64,000 nt of DNA from Candidatus Latescibacterota bacterium (GTDB taxonomy: Bacteria > Latescibacterota > UBA2968 > UBA8231). A model generated the notes under the pieces. The model was not told where the DNA came from and did no database searches. It saw only the letters and a list, made by a program, of their open reading frames with translations. Both the position numbers and the translations under genes were made by a program. The DNA is taken from contig OZ241867.1 of assembly GCA_965203175.1 (NCBI GenBank), forward strand, positions 3,072,001 through 3,136,000, read 5' to 3'. Shown piece after piece: positions 18,331 through 27,540 of the stretch (its first letter is position 1; the number at the start of each line of letters is the position of its first letter).

Positions 18331-21063
18331 GTGGCACGTGCGGTTATTATCACACTCACCCTGTTGGCGCTTGGCCCCGGCGATCTCCGATCCGAGGAAT
18401 ACGGCAATCGCTTGGGCCAGGGGTACGGCGTCGAACTGCAATATCTCACGCGCAGCCGCAGCACGCTCATCAACGCCATCGATCCAAGGGTGCAGAAGTG
18501 GTACATGCCCCAAGAATTGTACAGCGAATACCGCCTGAAGCAGTGGGAGTACACCAACTATGCGAGGAATTTCTATCGCAGCTATTTATCGGCGACGCTC
18601 GAAGGGGATTACTTCTACGATCTGTTTGGTCGTCGCGTGATGCACGGGTGGTTGGTCTATGAGGCGCGAAAAGAACAACCGAGGGCCTCAGAGGGCAACA
18701 GTTTGCTCAAGGGCCTGCCCTACGGCAGCAATTTCCAGAACCTGATCATCGCCTCTGACTCCAGGGGACAGCACCATTTCTCTTTGACTATAGGCGATGA
18801 GATCGCTACGACCCTCACGCCGATGACGTTCCGCAAGGCCGTCTTCAACGGCGTTCAGTTTCACTATCTGCGGGATCGCTACGCGGGTACGGTGCTGTTG
18901 TCGCGCATCAGCGCGCCGCTGGTTACTACCTCGTCGTTTGACGTGGGGCTGACCAATGCCACGGAATTGACCGCTGGGCGTCTCACTGCCGAGGTGGGCG
19001 AACACGTCACGGTCGGCGGTACGTACGTCAATAGCCACAATAGCCGCGCCACCTTGGAGCGCTTTGCTGGCAATATGTTCAAGGGATTTCTCACCACCGA
19101 CCAAGCGGGCAACGCCGTTACTTTTGTCGAGGTGCGCCTCGGCGACGATTCGCCCGAAGATGGCGAGAATGGGGCCGTACTCTTTGCCGAGAACATCATC
19201 CTAAAGGATGTAAACGGCCATCAGTGGAACGGCGCGCAGGTCGGTTATGTGCCGTCGCGCACAGGCGGTGAACTGCGCGACGGTTTTGCAGTGGCAGACG
19301 GCGGCGACCGCATTGTGCTGCGCTACAATCTCGAAGCCTTGGCCTCGGCACGGGTCGTGGAGGTAGAAGGCGAGCCTATGTGGCTCCCAACTACGGTTGA
19401 TTCCCTCGCCGAGGTGGGCTTTGAATTGGTCTTGGCCAACGATTATCGAGTTGAGATCGCTTCGAATCGCCAAACCAATATAGAGGCGCAGCCGGTCTTT
19501 CTCTTGGTCGAGAGCGCTCCGGGCAATGTCGGCGATACTTCCAACCGGCGCACCGTGCGCTTTGACTACGGTCTGCCCACGGCTAACCAGATCGCTGGCC
19601 TCACCTTGGAAGTGCGCCAAGTGTGGGGTTTTGACCTGTACGCCGAATTAAACGTCAACCACCGCTTTGCGCAGTACCCCAGCCCTTTGCTGGCGACCCA
19701 TCGAACGTCCTCTAGACAGGCCCAAGCGTGGATGGTCAATCTAGCGCAAATACGCGCGCCCTATTTTTTGCACGGCGAAATTTTCAGCATGGACCCGGAT
19801 TACACCACCAGCGTCTTTATGACCGAGACCAATGGGCGGGTCGATTACGTCGATCAAGAGTCCTTTTTGTACGACTATGTCGATGACAACGACGATTTGG
19901 ATCGCTTGCCGGACCAAAAGCGCCGGTGGCAGTCATCGTGGCTGGGAGAAACTATTTCTACTGGCGAGGGGGCAGCCGATCCGGCCGTGTTTCCCGGTTG
20001 GGACGAAAACGGCGATTTCATCTCCGATTTCAATCAGAACGATACGCCGACGCGCCGCAATGCACTGGCCGATTACGAGGAGCCCTTTTTGCGCTTCAAC
20101 GTCGATCGGCCCGAGTTCCTTTTTGGCGTTGACATGAATAACAACGGCTGGATCGACCGCTTTGAAGACGATGTTGATCCCGATTATCCCTACGACCGGA
20201 ATCTGCGGGGATACAATGTGTACGGCGGCGTCGATGTCGTGCCCAAAGTACGCCTGACCGTGGGCCAGACGCGGCAATGGCAGTTGTCAACTAAGCGGCG
20301 CAGTGAGGCTGCGTATGGTCTTTTCGTCTTGGAACGGGACTGGCCCGGCATTGGTCGCCTGCGCGTCTTTGAGCATTTGAAGAAAGTGCGCGACAATATA
20401 GCGGACGACCGCTTGGCGGCCTCGCAGGCCATTGGCGCTCAGCAGGCCGTGGTGGAAGATCCGCTAGCGGCCCAGAACACTTGGATCAACACCGTGTGGC
20501 TGGGGTTTGATTACACCGGCCTAGGCTCTCTGCAGGTAATCAACAAATTCAAGTACGAGCTCTTGCACCAGCGCGCCGAGCAGCAGGTGCTCACCGAGCG
20601 CGGTGCCCGCCGTCGAGGGCGCTTTTTGGGTGTGGTCAATAAGGCCGATTACGGCCGCGATATTGGCCGAATACACATCCGGCCGCGCCTTAAAAACGAG
20701 TTCTTCTGGGATGTTCCCTATCTCGAACGGGCAAGCGAGCGCCAGTGGTGGAAACAGATGCTGTCGTTCAGCGTGCGCTTCCCCATTCTCAAGGAGTCGT
20801 GGATTGAGACAGGCGTTGAACAGGTTTTTATCACTGACCTAGCGACGGACGCAAAGCAAATGGCTGCGGGCGAGCGCACGGGCGATGGCCAACAGACGAT
20901 CCTAGCGCTCCAGTTGACTAACTACGGTACGTACATGGGCTACCGCTCGATCATGCAGTGCGGCTTGCGCTTTGATCGGGACCAGTTTGAGCGCGTTGAC
21001 CGGAAGTCCGAAACCAAGACGGGCAGCCTCGTCTTTGTCTCGTTCTACGCCGGTCTGGAGTAG
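18331..21063 (+). CDS. Uncharacterised 910-aa exported protein, putative outer-membrane beta-barrel (paralogue B)
   Basis: Colinear with A (RFDYGLPTANQI, FPGWDEN.DFI.DFNQND, YEEPFLR, NNNGWIDRFE, TWINTVWLGF); ends FVSFYAGLE. Confidence 0.6.
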   Translation: MARAVIITLTLLALGPGDLRSEEYGNRLGQGYGVELQYLTRSRSTLINAIDPRVQKWYMPQELYSEYRLKQWEYTNYARNFYRSYLSATLEGDYFYDLFGRRVMHGWLVYEARKEQPRASEGNSLLKGLPYGSNFQNLIIASDSRGQHHFSLTIGDEIATTLTPMTFRKAVFNGVQFHYLRDRYAGTVLLSRISAPLVTTSSFDVGLTNATELTAGRLTAEVGEHVTVGGTYVNSHNSRATLERFAGNMFKGFLTTDQAGNAVTFVEVRLGDDSPEDGENGAVLFAENIILKDVNGHQWNGAQVGYVPSRTGGELRDGFAVADGGDRIVLRYNLEALASARVVEVEGEPMWLPTTVDSLAEVGFELVLANDYRVEIASNRQTNIEAQPVFLLVESAPGNVGDTSNRRTVRFDYGLPTANQIAGLTLEVRQVWGFDLYAELNVNHRFAQYPSPLLATHRTSSRQAQAWMVNLAQIRAPYFLHGEIFSMDPDYTTSVFMTETNGRVDYVDQESFLYDYVDDNDDLDRLPDQKRRWQSSWLGETISTGEGAADPAVFPGWDENGDFISDFNQNDTPTRRNALADYEEPFLRFNVDRPEFLFGVDMNNNGWIDRFEDDVDPDYPYDRNLRGYNVYGGVDVVPKVRLTVGQTRQWQLSTKRRSEAAYGLFVLERDWPGIGRLRVFEHLKKVRDNIADDRLAASQAIGAQQAVVEDPLAAQNTWINTVWLGFDYTGLGSLQVINKFKYELLHQRAEQQVLTERGARRRGRFLGVVNKADYGRDIGRIHIRPRLKNEFFWDVPYLERASERQWWKQMLSFSVRFPILKESWIETGVEQVFITDLATDAKQMAAGERTGDGQQTILALQLTNYGTYMGYRSIMQCGLRFDRDQFERVDRKSETKTGSLVFVSFYAGLE

Positions 21064-21073
21064 GAGGATTTCT

Positions 21074-23587
21074 ATGACGAGCAGACATTGGGCGATCTGG
21101 ATTTTAGTCATCGCGCTCGGTTGCCGGGCCGCAGTGGCTCAAGAGGGGTACGCGATTCAAGGCAACCGCATTGTCACCCAAGGTGCAGACCAGTGGCACC
21201 AATGGATTTTTCCCTTTGGCACGGTCGATATCGACTCCGAGGGCGCTAGACCGCACTTTGTGGCGTCGGAACTCAATGCCTGCCTCAATGCGCACCGCTT
21301 TCCCCTATGGGCCGACGAAGATGAAAAGGAAGGGGGGATCTTGTCGGCTGGATCGGGGCTGGCCGGAGCAGTGCGCATTCTCGATGGCAATGTAGATACC
21401 TACTGGGAGCCCGACCTAGACGATCCACAGGATCTGTGGTGGGTGGCGATTGACTTGGGGCGGATCGTATCGGCCAAGCACATTGTTTTGCGCTTTGCCC
21501 GGGAAGGTGAGGGCGATCCGTTTTACCAATTCCGCCTGATGGTGGCCGACGGCGAAGGCAAGGTTGGCGATAATCTCGATTATCACTTGGTCGGCAAGAC
21601 CGAGCGACCCAATGTGGACCAACGCGAATTTTCGTTTGATCTACAGCCCTTTCAAAGTGCCGATCCCCATTTTACCGGCGATGCCTTTCGCTTTGTGCAG
21701 GTGGTGATGACGGACAGCCGCTTGGGCAAGGCCGAGGAAGTGGACAGCTTGGCCTACCAGAATTTGCCAGCGAAGCTGCAGGGCGCAGTGGAGTACTTTG
21801 GTCGCAGTCGCAGCGGGAGCGAGTGGCTGCTCGACAGGGAGGCCTATGAACTGCTCGATCAGTCCGAGCGGGGTTCAATCCGCTATTACCGCCGCGAACA
21901 ACCGCGCCTCGCCGAGGTCGAAGTCTGGACCTTGGGCGAGAATATATCGCTGGGGGCGATCCAGCGGGGCGGCACAGTGGAAGGGCACGGCTTTAATCCC
22001 ACTCGCAGCCTCGATGGGGACTACACAACTTGGTACGGTCTGCAGCAGAGTTATACCCGCGAGGCGGCCGAGCCCGAGCGGCAAGTTCTCTTCGACCTAG
22101 GGGCTTTGTACTGGCTGGATTTATTCCACTTTCTGCCGCCAGCGGCCCGCAGCGCCGGCGGCACGCTGGGCAATTATCGGATGAAATTGTCGGACGGTTC
22201 GCTCGCTCCTGACGGAAGTCTGCAGTGGGTACAGGTCGAAGAGCGGCGAGTCTTCCGCCAGCCTCGGTTCCAAGAGGTGCGCTTTGAGTTGCAAAAGGTC
22301 CGCTACATCGCCTTTGACTACCTAGTGGGCAGAGGGGGCAACAGAGCCGGATGGTCCGAACTCCAGGCTTACGGCGAGGGCTATCAGCCGGAAGTGGTGT
22401 TAGAATCGCCGTTGATCGACTTGAGCAGTAGCATGAATTTGACCACGCTCCACTGGGAGGCCGACGTCCCGCCCGGTACGCGCATTGAGGTGGCCACCCG
22501 CACCGGCGATCAGACCAAAGTCAACACCACGTATTATCGGAGCGACGGCGCTGAGGTGGACAAAAAAGCATACCATAAATTGATTGCCGCGCTCAAGGGG
22601 GATTCGCTCAATGTGTTGGTCGTCGATGAGGAAACTTGGAGCCCTTGGAGCAAACCGCACCTGCTGTCGGGCCAAGTCATCACTTCGCCGTCGCCACGTC
22701 GCTTCCTCAAGACCCAGGTGCGGTTGAGCAGCGACGACCCGCAAAATGCCGTGCTATTGCGGCGCTTGGAGGTGTCGTTTTCCCAACCGTGGGTGGGCAG
22801 AGCCTTGGGCGAGGTATTCCCGGTACAAGTGGAACATCCGGGAGAGGACACGCGGCTGACCTTTTTCGTGCGGCCTGTGCGGCGGGCGGGCGATCCGGGC
22901 ATTGACGAGGTGTTGTTGGTCAGTTCAGGGGAGACGCCGCTGGCGCTACGGGAGGTACGCCTTGGCTCGGCAACAGAAGTAGCTGCCGGAGGTGGCGAAG
23001 CGCTGGGCCTAGATGTGGTGGAAGTGCTCGAGACCGCGACCGATTCGCTGTGGGTACGCCTGCCCAACGCAGTCGGCCGCAACGAGGTCCTCGCGGTTGA
23101 TGTATTGACCGCGCTATTTGGCCACGGCGTTTCCTTTGCCGGACGGGTGGGCAACCGCGATGATTCGGGAACTTGGCAATTGGTCGAAGCCGATCAGGAG
23201 GCCGTGGCCGAAGTGGAAAGCGGTGTCCTTCGGGTGTTGGTGCCCTCGGGTCAGGTGGGTTTGGCGGACCTGACGCTGGATACAAAGGTCTTGACGCCCA
23301 ATGGGGATGGGATCAACGACGCAGCGCGGATTGGCTTTGAAGTGCTGCGCTTGGATGGAGCCCAGGTGGTGATCGTCTCGGTGCACGATCTGGCCGGTCG
23401 CCGCCTTTGGACACTGGAGCAGGTGCGCGAGCGGGCGAGCGGGCAATACGAGGTGGTTTGGGAGGGAATGGATGATGCGGGCGAGCGGGTGCCGCCGGGG
23501 ACGTATATTTTGCGGGTGGAGGTGGATGCGGATGCGCGCAGCAATGTGCGGACTAAGATAATACGGCTAGCTCACGTGGTGTATTGA
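21074..23587 (+). CDS. Secreted FlgD-Ig/CHU_C-like C-terminal domain protein with two discoidin-like domains (member 4)
   Basis: SD AGGAGG before ATG 21074; ILDGNVDTYW...IDLGR and SLDGDYTTW...FDLGA; LTPNGDGIND; ends HVVY. Confidence 0.8.
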   Translation: MTSRHWAIWILVIALGCRAAVAQEGYAIQGNRIVTQGADQWHQWIFPFGTVDIDSEGARPHFVASELNACLNAHRFPLWADEDEKEGGILSAGSGLAGAVRILDGNVDTYWEPDLDDPQDLWWVAIDLGRIVSAKHIVLRFAREGEGDPFYQFRLMVADGEGKVGDNLDYHLVGKTERPNVDQREFSFDLQPFQSADPHFTGDAFRFVQVVMTDSRLGKAEEVDSLAYQNLPAKLQGAVEYFGRSRSGSEWLLDREAYELLDQSERGSIRYYRREQPRLAEVEVWTLGENISLGAIQRGGTVEGHGFNPTRSLDGDYTTWYGLQQSYTREAAEPERQVLFDLGALYWLDLFHFLPPAARSAGGTLGNYRMKLSDGSLAPDGSLQWVQVEERRVFRQPRFQEVRFELQKVRYIAFDYLVGRGGNRAGWSELQAYGEGYQPEVVLESPLIDLSSSMNLTTLHWEADVPPGTRIEVATRTGDQTKVNTTYYRSDGAEVDKKAYHKLIAALKGDSLNVLVVDEETWSPWSKPHLLSGQVITSPSPRRFLKTQVRLSSDDPQNAVLLRRLEVSFSQPWVGRALGEVFPVQVEHPGEDTRLTFFVRPVRRAGDPGIDEVLLVSSGETPLALREVRLGSATEVAAGGGEALGLDVVEVLETATDSLWVRLPNAVGRNEVLAVDVLTALFGHGVSFAGRVGNRDDSGTWQLVEADQEAVAEVESGVLRVLVPSGQVGLADLTLDTKVLTPNGDGINDAARIGFEVLRLDGAQVVIVSVHDLAGRRLWTLEQVRERASGQYEVVWEGMDDAGERVPPGTYILRVEVDADARSNVRTKIIRLAHVVY

Positions 23588-23596
23588 GGCGCAGGG

Positions 23597-25411
23597 GTGG
23601 GCTGCCAAGTCCAACGATTGACGGCTATCTTGGCGCTTGGCTGGTCTATGGGCTGCCAAAGCGAGTCGCCTGCGGTGCGTTTTACCGACGCCACCGACCA
23701 AGCGGGCCTTTCTTTTATACACGAAAACGGTGCCGCCGGGCAGTACTTTCTCATCGAGACTATGGGCGCGGGCGGGGCGCTGGCCGACTTTGACGAGGAC
23801 GGCGACTTAGATATCTATCTGGTCAACGGCTTCGACCTAAGAGGCTTGGACGCCCCGCCGATCAACTTGGTGCATCGAGAAGATGGCCTCTATTGGGTGG
23901 CCCCATCGGCATCCAGCGCCGCAGACCGCTCTGCGGACCCAGCCGATTACGCGGTCGCGCTGGCCCCCGTAGCTGGGGTGGAACCAAGGGGCAATGCGCT
24001 CTACCGCAACGAAGGGACTGGTACTTTTGTCGAAGTGCCCAATGCTGGTGGGGCTGCGGACCTAGGTTATGGCATGGGCGTAGCCGTGGCCGATGCCGAC
24101 AACGACGGCGACCAGGACCTGTACGTGACCAACTACGGGCCCAATGCTCTCTATCACAACCGAGGGGACGCCGTCTTTACCCGCAGCCGTGGCGTCGAGG
24201 CCCCCCAATGGAGTACCAGCGCTGCCTTTTTCGACCACGACAACGATGGCGCGCTCGATCTGTACGTGGTCAATTATCTCGACTTTACCTTAGCTACCAA
24301 CAAAATCTGCGGCGGTTTCATCCGCACTGACGACGCGGGCTTGCGCGCCATTGGCGAAGATACGCGCTCGTACTGCGCGCCCAGCGAGTACGGGGGCGTG
24401 CCCGATGTGCTCTACCACAACGAGAGGGAAGGCACTTTTACCGATGTATCCATCGCCGCCGGTATCGCCAATCCCAATGGCAAGGGCTTGGGTGTAGTGG
24501 CTTGGGACTGGAACGAGGACGGCTACCAAGATTTGTACGTGGCCAACGACGGGGTGGCGAACTTCCTTTACCAAAATACCGGCGATGGCACCTTCCGCGA
24601 TATAGCCCTACAAGCCGGGGTGGCCTACAATGTGCGCGGCCAAGCCGAGGCTGGCATGGGAGTGGACATCGGCGATTGCGACCGCGATGGCGATTGGGAT
24701 CTGTTCGTCACCAATTTCTCCCGCGAAACCAATACGCTCTACCGCAATGAAGGAACCTACTTCAAAGATGTGACTGCGACGTCGGGCTTGGGCCGGCCGA
24801 GTTGGCTCTATTTGGGCTTTGGCACTGCGTTTTTCGATTACGACCACGACGGCGACCAAGATCTGTACGTGGCCAACGGCCATGTCTTGGACCGCGTCCA
24901 TATACTGCAACCTGGGGTGCGCTACGCCCAAGAGCATCAGCTATTTCGCAACGACAGTTCCTGCCGCTTCGTCGATGTGGCAGACAGTGCGGGGAGTTGG
25001 TTCGCGCAAGAGCAAATAAGTCGAGGGTTGGCCCAAGGCGACTGGGACGGCGACGGCGATTTGGACCTGCTGGTGACCAATTGCGGAGGACCAGCCAAGC
25101 TAGCGCGCAATCACGACGGCAACGGGCGCAATTGGATCTCAATCAAGTTGGTGGCTACAGCGGCCAATCGGGATGCGGTGGGAGCCGAGGTGCGGCTGGT
25201 GACCGGTTCGTTGGAACAGCGCCGCCTGGTGAGAAGCGGGAGCAGCTATTTATCGGCTGGCGACCGGCGACTCCACTTCGGCTTGGGAGGCCACGAGCGC
25301 ATTGACCTGCTGGAAGTACAATGGCCGGATGGGACCATCGAGGGATTTCGGGATTTACCCGCCGACCAAAATTTGCTAATTGAGCAAGGACGGGGTGTGC
25401 AGGATGAATAG
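23597..25411 (+). CDS. CRTAC1-family FG-GAP + ASPIC/UnbV lipoprotein
   Basis: Lipobox-like SMGC; D.D.DGD.DL repeats; NRDAVGAEV...HFGLG...WPDG. Confidence 0.9.
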   Translation: MGCQVQRLTAILALGWSMGCQSESPAVRFTDATDQAGLSFIHENGAAGQYFLIETMGAGGALADFDEDGDLDIYLVNGFDLRGLDAPPINLVHREDGLYWVAPSASSAADRSADPADYAVALAPVAGVEPRGNALYRNEGTGTFVEVPNAGGAADLGYGMGVAVADADNDGDQDLYVTNYGPNALYHNRGDAVFTRSRGVEAPQWSTSAAFFDHDNDGALDLYVVNYLDFTLATNKICGGFIRTDDAGLRAIGEDTRSYCAPSEYGGVPDVLYHNEREGTFTDVSIAAGIANPNGKGLGVVAWDWNEDGYQDLYVANDGVANFLYQNTGDGTFRDIALQAGVAYNVRGQAEAGMGVDIGDCDRDGDWDLFVTNFSRETNTLYRNEGTYFKDVTATSGLGRPSWLYLGFGTAFFDYDHDGDQDLYVANGHVLDRVHILQPGVRYAQEHQLFRNDSSCRFVDVADSAGSWFAQEQISRGLAQGDWDGDGDLDLLVTNCGGPAKLARNHDGNGRNWISIKLVATAANRDAVGAEVRLVTGSLEQRRLVRSGSSYLSAGDRRLHFGLGGHERIDLLEVQWPDGTIEGFRDLPADQNLLIEQGRGVQDE

Positions 25412-27413
25412 CCCGCCCTCGGCAGCCCCAGTGAGTTGGCGCGAGTTGGGGATGGCAGGTGGTCTCTTCCTCTTGGCTTTGGTCGTGCGTCTGGTCTATC
25501 TGGAGCACTGCCAAGACAATCCCTTTTTCTCGGCCCCGGTAGTGGACGCCCACTCCTATGTGGCGCAGGCGCGGCAGATCGCCGAGGTGTCTTGGGTGGG
25601 AGACAAGCCCTTTTGGCAGCCGCCTCTATACCCCTATTTTCTCGCCCTGATCTACGCCGTTTCCGGAGACTTGTTCTGGACGCCCCGATTTATCCAGTTC
25701 CTCTTGGGGGCGGCCTCTTGTGCTTTGGTGTTTGGCATCGGTCGGCAGGTATTTTGCTCTCGGGTCGGTCTCCTCGCTGGGGCTATGGCCTGTCTATACG
25801 GACCCTCCATCTATTTTGAGGGAGAGTTACTACCTACCGCGCTGGCCGTTTTTCTCAATCTCTTGTTGCTCTTGGTCCTGCTCCAACCCGGCCGGGGATG
25901 GGGACAGGCTCTAGTCTCGGGCCTCGTCCAAGGCTTGGCCATAGTCGCTGTGCCCAATGCGGCCCTGTTGGCTCCTTGCGCCTGTTTGTGGTACTGGAAG
26001 AGCGCCGAGCGAGCCGTGCGGAGCAAGCTGGTCTGGTGCCTGCTGTTTGCGGCTACAGCCAGTGCCGTGGGCGGCGTGGTGACGGCGAGAAATTGGGTGG
26101 TCAGTGGCGAGTTCATCCCCTTGTCTTGGAACGGCGGAGTAAATTTCTACTTGGGCAACCATCCCGATTACGACCGCCTGGTGGGGATTCGCCCAGGGCC
26201 GGAATGGGAGGGCTTAATGGAGCAGCCGATAGCAGCGGGCTATGTAGGGTACGCTGAGCGCTCGGCCTATTTCTACCGACAAGCCGGCGACTGGATCGCC
26301 AGTGCGCCGGGGGATTTTGTGCGGTTGTTGGGGTACAAGGCGTTTTTGTTGGCGCGGGGCGAGGAGATCAAGCGCAACCAAGACGTGTACTTCGCCCGCA
26401 CCTATTCTTGGCTGATGAGCGTCTTGCTGTGGAAAATCCACCACTTTGCCTTTCCTTTTGGGCTACTGGGGCCCTTGGCTGCTGTGGGTATGGTCTTGGC
26501 TTGGCGGCACCGACTCCAGGTGAGTTTGCTGCTGCTCTGCACCGGCGCGTACAGCGCCTCGCTCTTGCTCTTTTTTATTACCGGCCGCTATCGCCTGCCC
26601 TTGGTGCCGCTACTGCTGCTCTTTGCCGGATACGCCCTGCTCTGGCTGGTGCAACAGGGGCAGGCCCGACAGTGGCGTCCCTTGGGGATCGGTGTGGCTT
26701 TGGTCGTCTTGCTGGGGATCGCCGCCAACGCTGGCCTGCGGCCAGCCGATCCCTTGGCCGACGCGGAAATACACTTTGATTTGGGACGCGGCCAAGCCCA
26801 ACGGGGACAGTATGCGGCTGCGATGCGCTCCTTTGGGACCGCCGTGCAACTCGATCCAAATTACCTGCGCGCCCGCCACAATCTGGGCGTGGCGCTGGCG
26901 GCGATGAAGCGCTACGACGAGGCCGAGGCAGTTTATCGGCAGGCCTTGGCGCAAGCACCAGAAGATCGGGGGCTGCACTTCAATTTGGCGGCTCTGTACC
27001 GGGCTACGGGACGATACGAGCAAGCGGTGGAGCACTACCGCCGAGTTCTGGCAAAAGAGGCTGACGCAGCGGTTTTTCTATCTCTGGGACAGGTCTATAA
27101 GAGAATGGAGGCAACGGAGCAAGCCCGGGAAGCCTTTACCGCGGCGCTAAGTGAAGACAAAGTGCGGGCGCAGGCGGCCAATGAACTGGGCCTGATCGAG
27201 GTCCGGCAAGGGGCGTTGGAGCGGGCGATTGATTATTTCGCTATGGCCCTAAAAGCCGCGCCCGGCAATCACTTGATCGCCTTTAATCTAGGGGCGGCCT
27301 ACCACGACTTGGGCCAATTCGACAAGGCGGCCCAGTTCTATCGCCTGACCTTGGGCTTGGCTCCCGACTACGCCAAAGCCCAGCGCGCATTGACGCGATT
27401 GCAGCGGCGATAG
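25404..27413 (+). CDS. GT-C (PMT/ArnT-like) membrane glycosyltransferase fused to C-terminal TPR repeats
   Basis: VDAHSY...FWQPPLYPYFLA, YFEGELL, NFYLGN and RYRLP motifs in a polytopic N-half; TPR repeats (RHNLGVAL, HFNLAALY, FNLGAAY). Confidence 0.8.
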   Translation: MNSPPSAAPVSWRELGMAGGLFLLALVVRLVYLEHCQDNPFFSAPVVDAHSYVAQARQIAEVSWVGDKPFWQPPLYPYFLALIYAVSGDLFWTPRFIQFLLGAASCALVFGIGRQVFCSRVGLLAGAMACLYGPSIYFEGELLPTALAVFLNLLLLLVLLQPGRGWGQALVSGLVQGLAIVAVPNAALLAPCACLWYWKSAERAVRSKLVWCLLFAATASAVGGVVTARNWVVSGEFIPLSWNGGVNFYLGNHPDYDRLVGIRPGPEWEGLMEQPIAAGYVGYAERSAYFYRQAGDWIASAPGDFVRLLGYKAFLLARGEEIKRNQDVYFARTYSWLMSVLLWKIHHFAFPFGLLGPLAAVGMVLAWRHRLQVSLLLLCTGAYSASLLLFFITGRYRLPLVPLLLLFAGYALLWLVQQGQARQWRPLGIGVALVVLLGIAANAGLRPADPLADAEIHFDLGRGQAQRGQYAAAMRSFGTAVQLDPNYLRARHNLGVALAAMKRYDEAEAVYRQALAQAPEDRGLHFNLAALYRATGRYEQAVEHYRRVLAKEADAAVFLSLGQVYKRMEATEQAREAFTAALSEDKVRAQAANELGLIEVRQGALERAIDYFAMALKAAPGNHLIAFNLGAAYHDLGQFDKAAQFYRLTLGLAPDYAKAQRALTRLQRR

Positions 27414-27434
27414 CCCTGAGGGATCGTTTGGAAC

Positions 27435-27531
27435 TCATGGGAGATCATCATACGGGCTAAGACGACCGAACCGACACAAGATACATCAACGCATTATGCA
27501 AGGACTGCGGTAATTTGACGACGCGGAATGG
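27435..27531 (+). pseudogene. Decayed fragment of the DUF5615 PIN toxin gene
   Basis: Aligns by eye to 35316-35412, with indels and a CAA>TAA stop. Confidence 0.85.
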
Positions 27532-27540
27532 GATGCGAGA

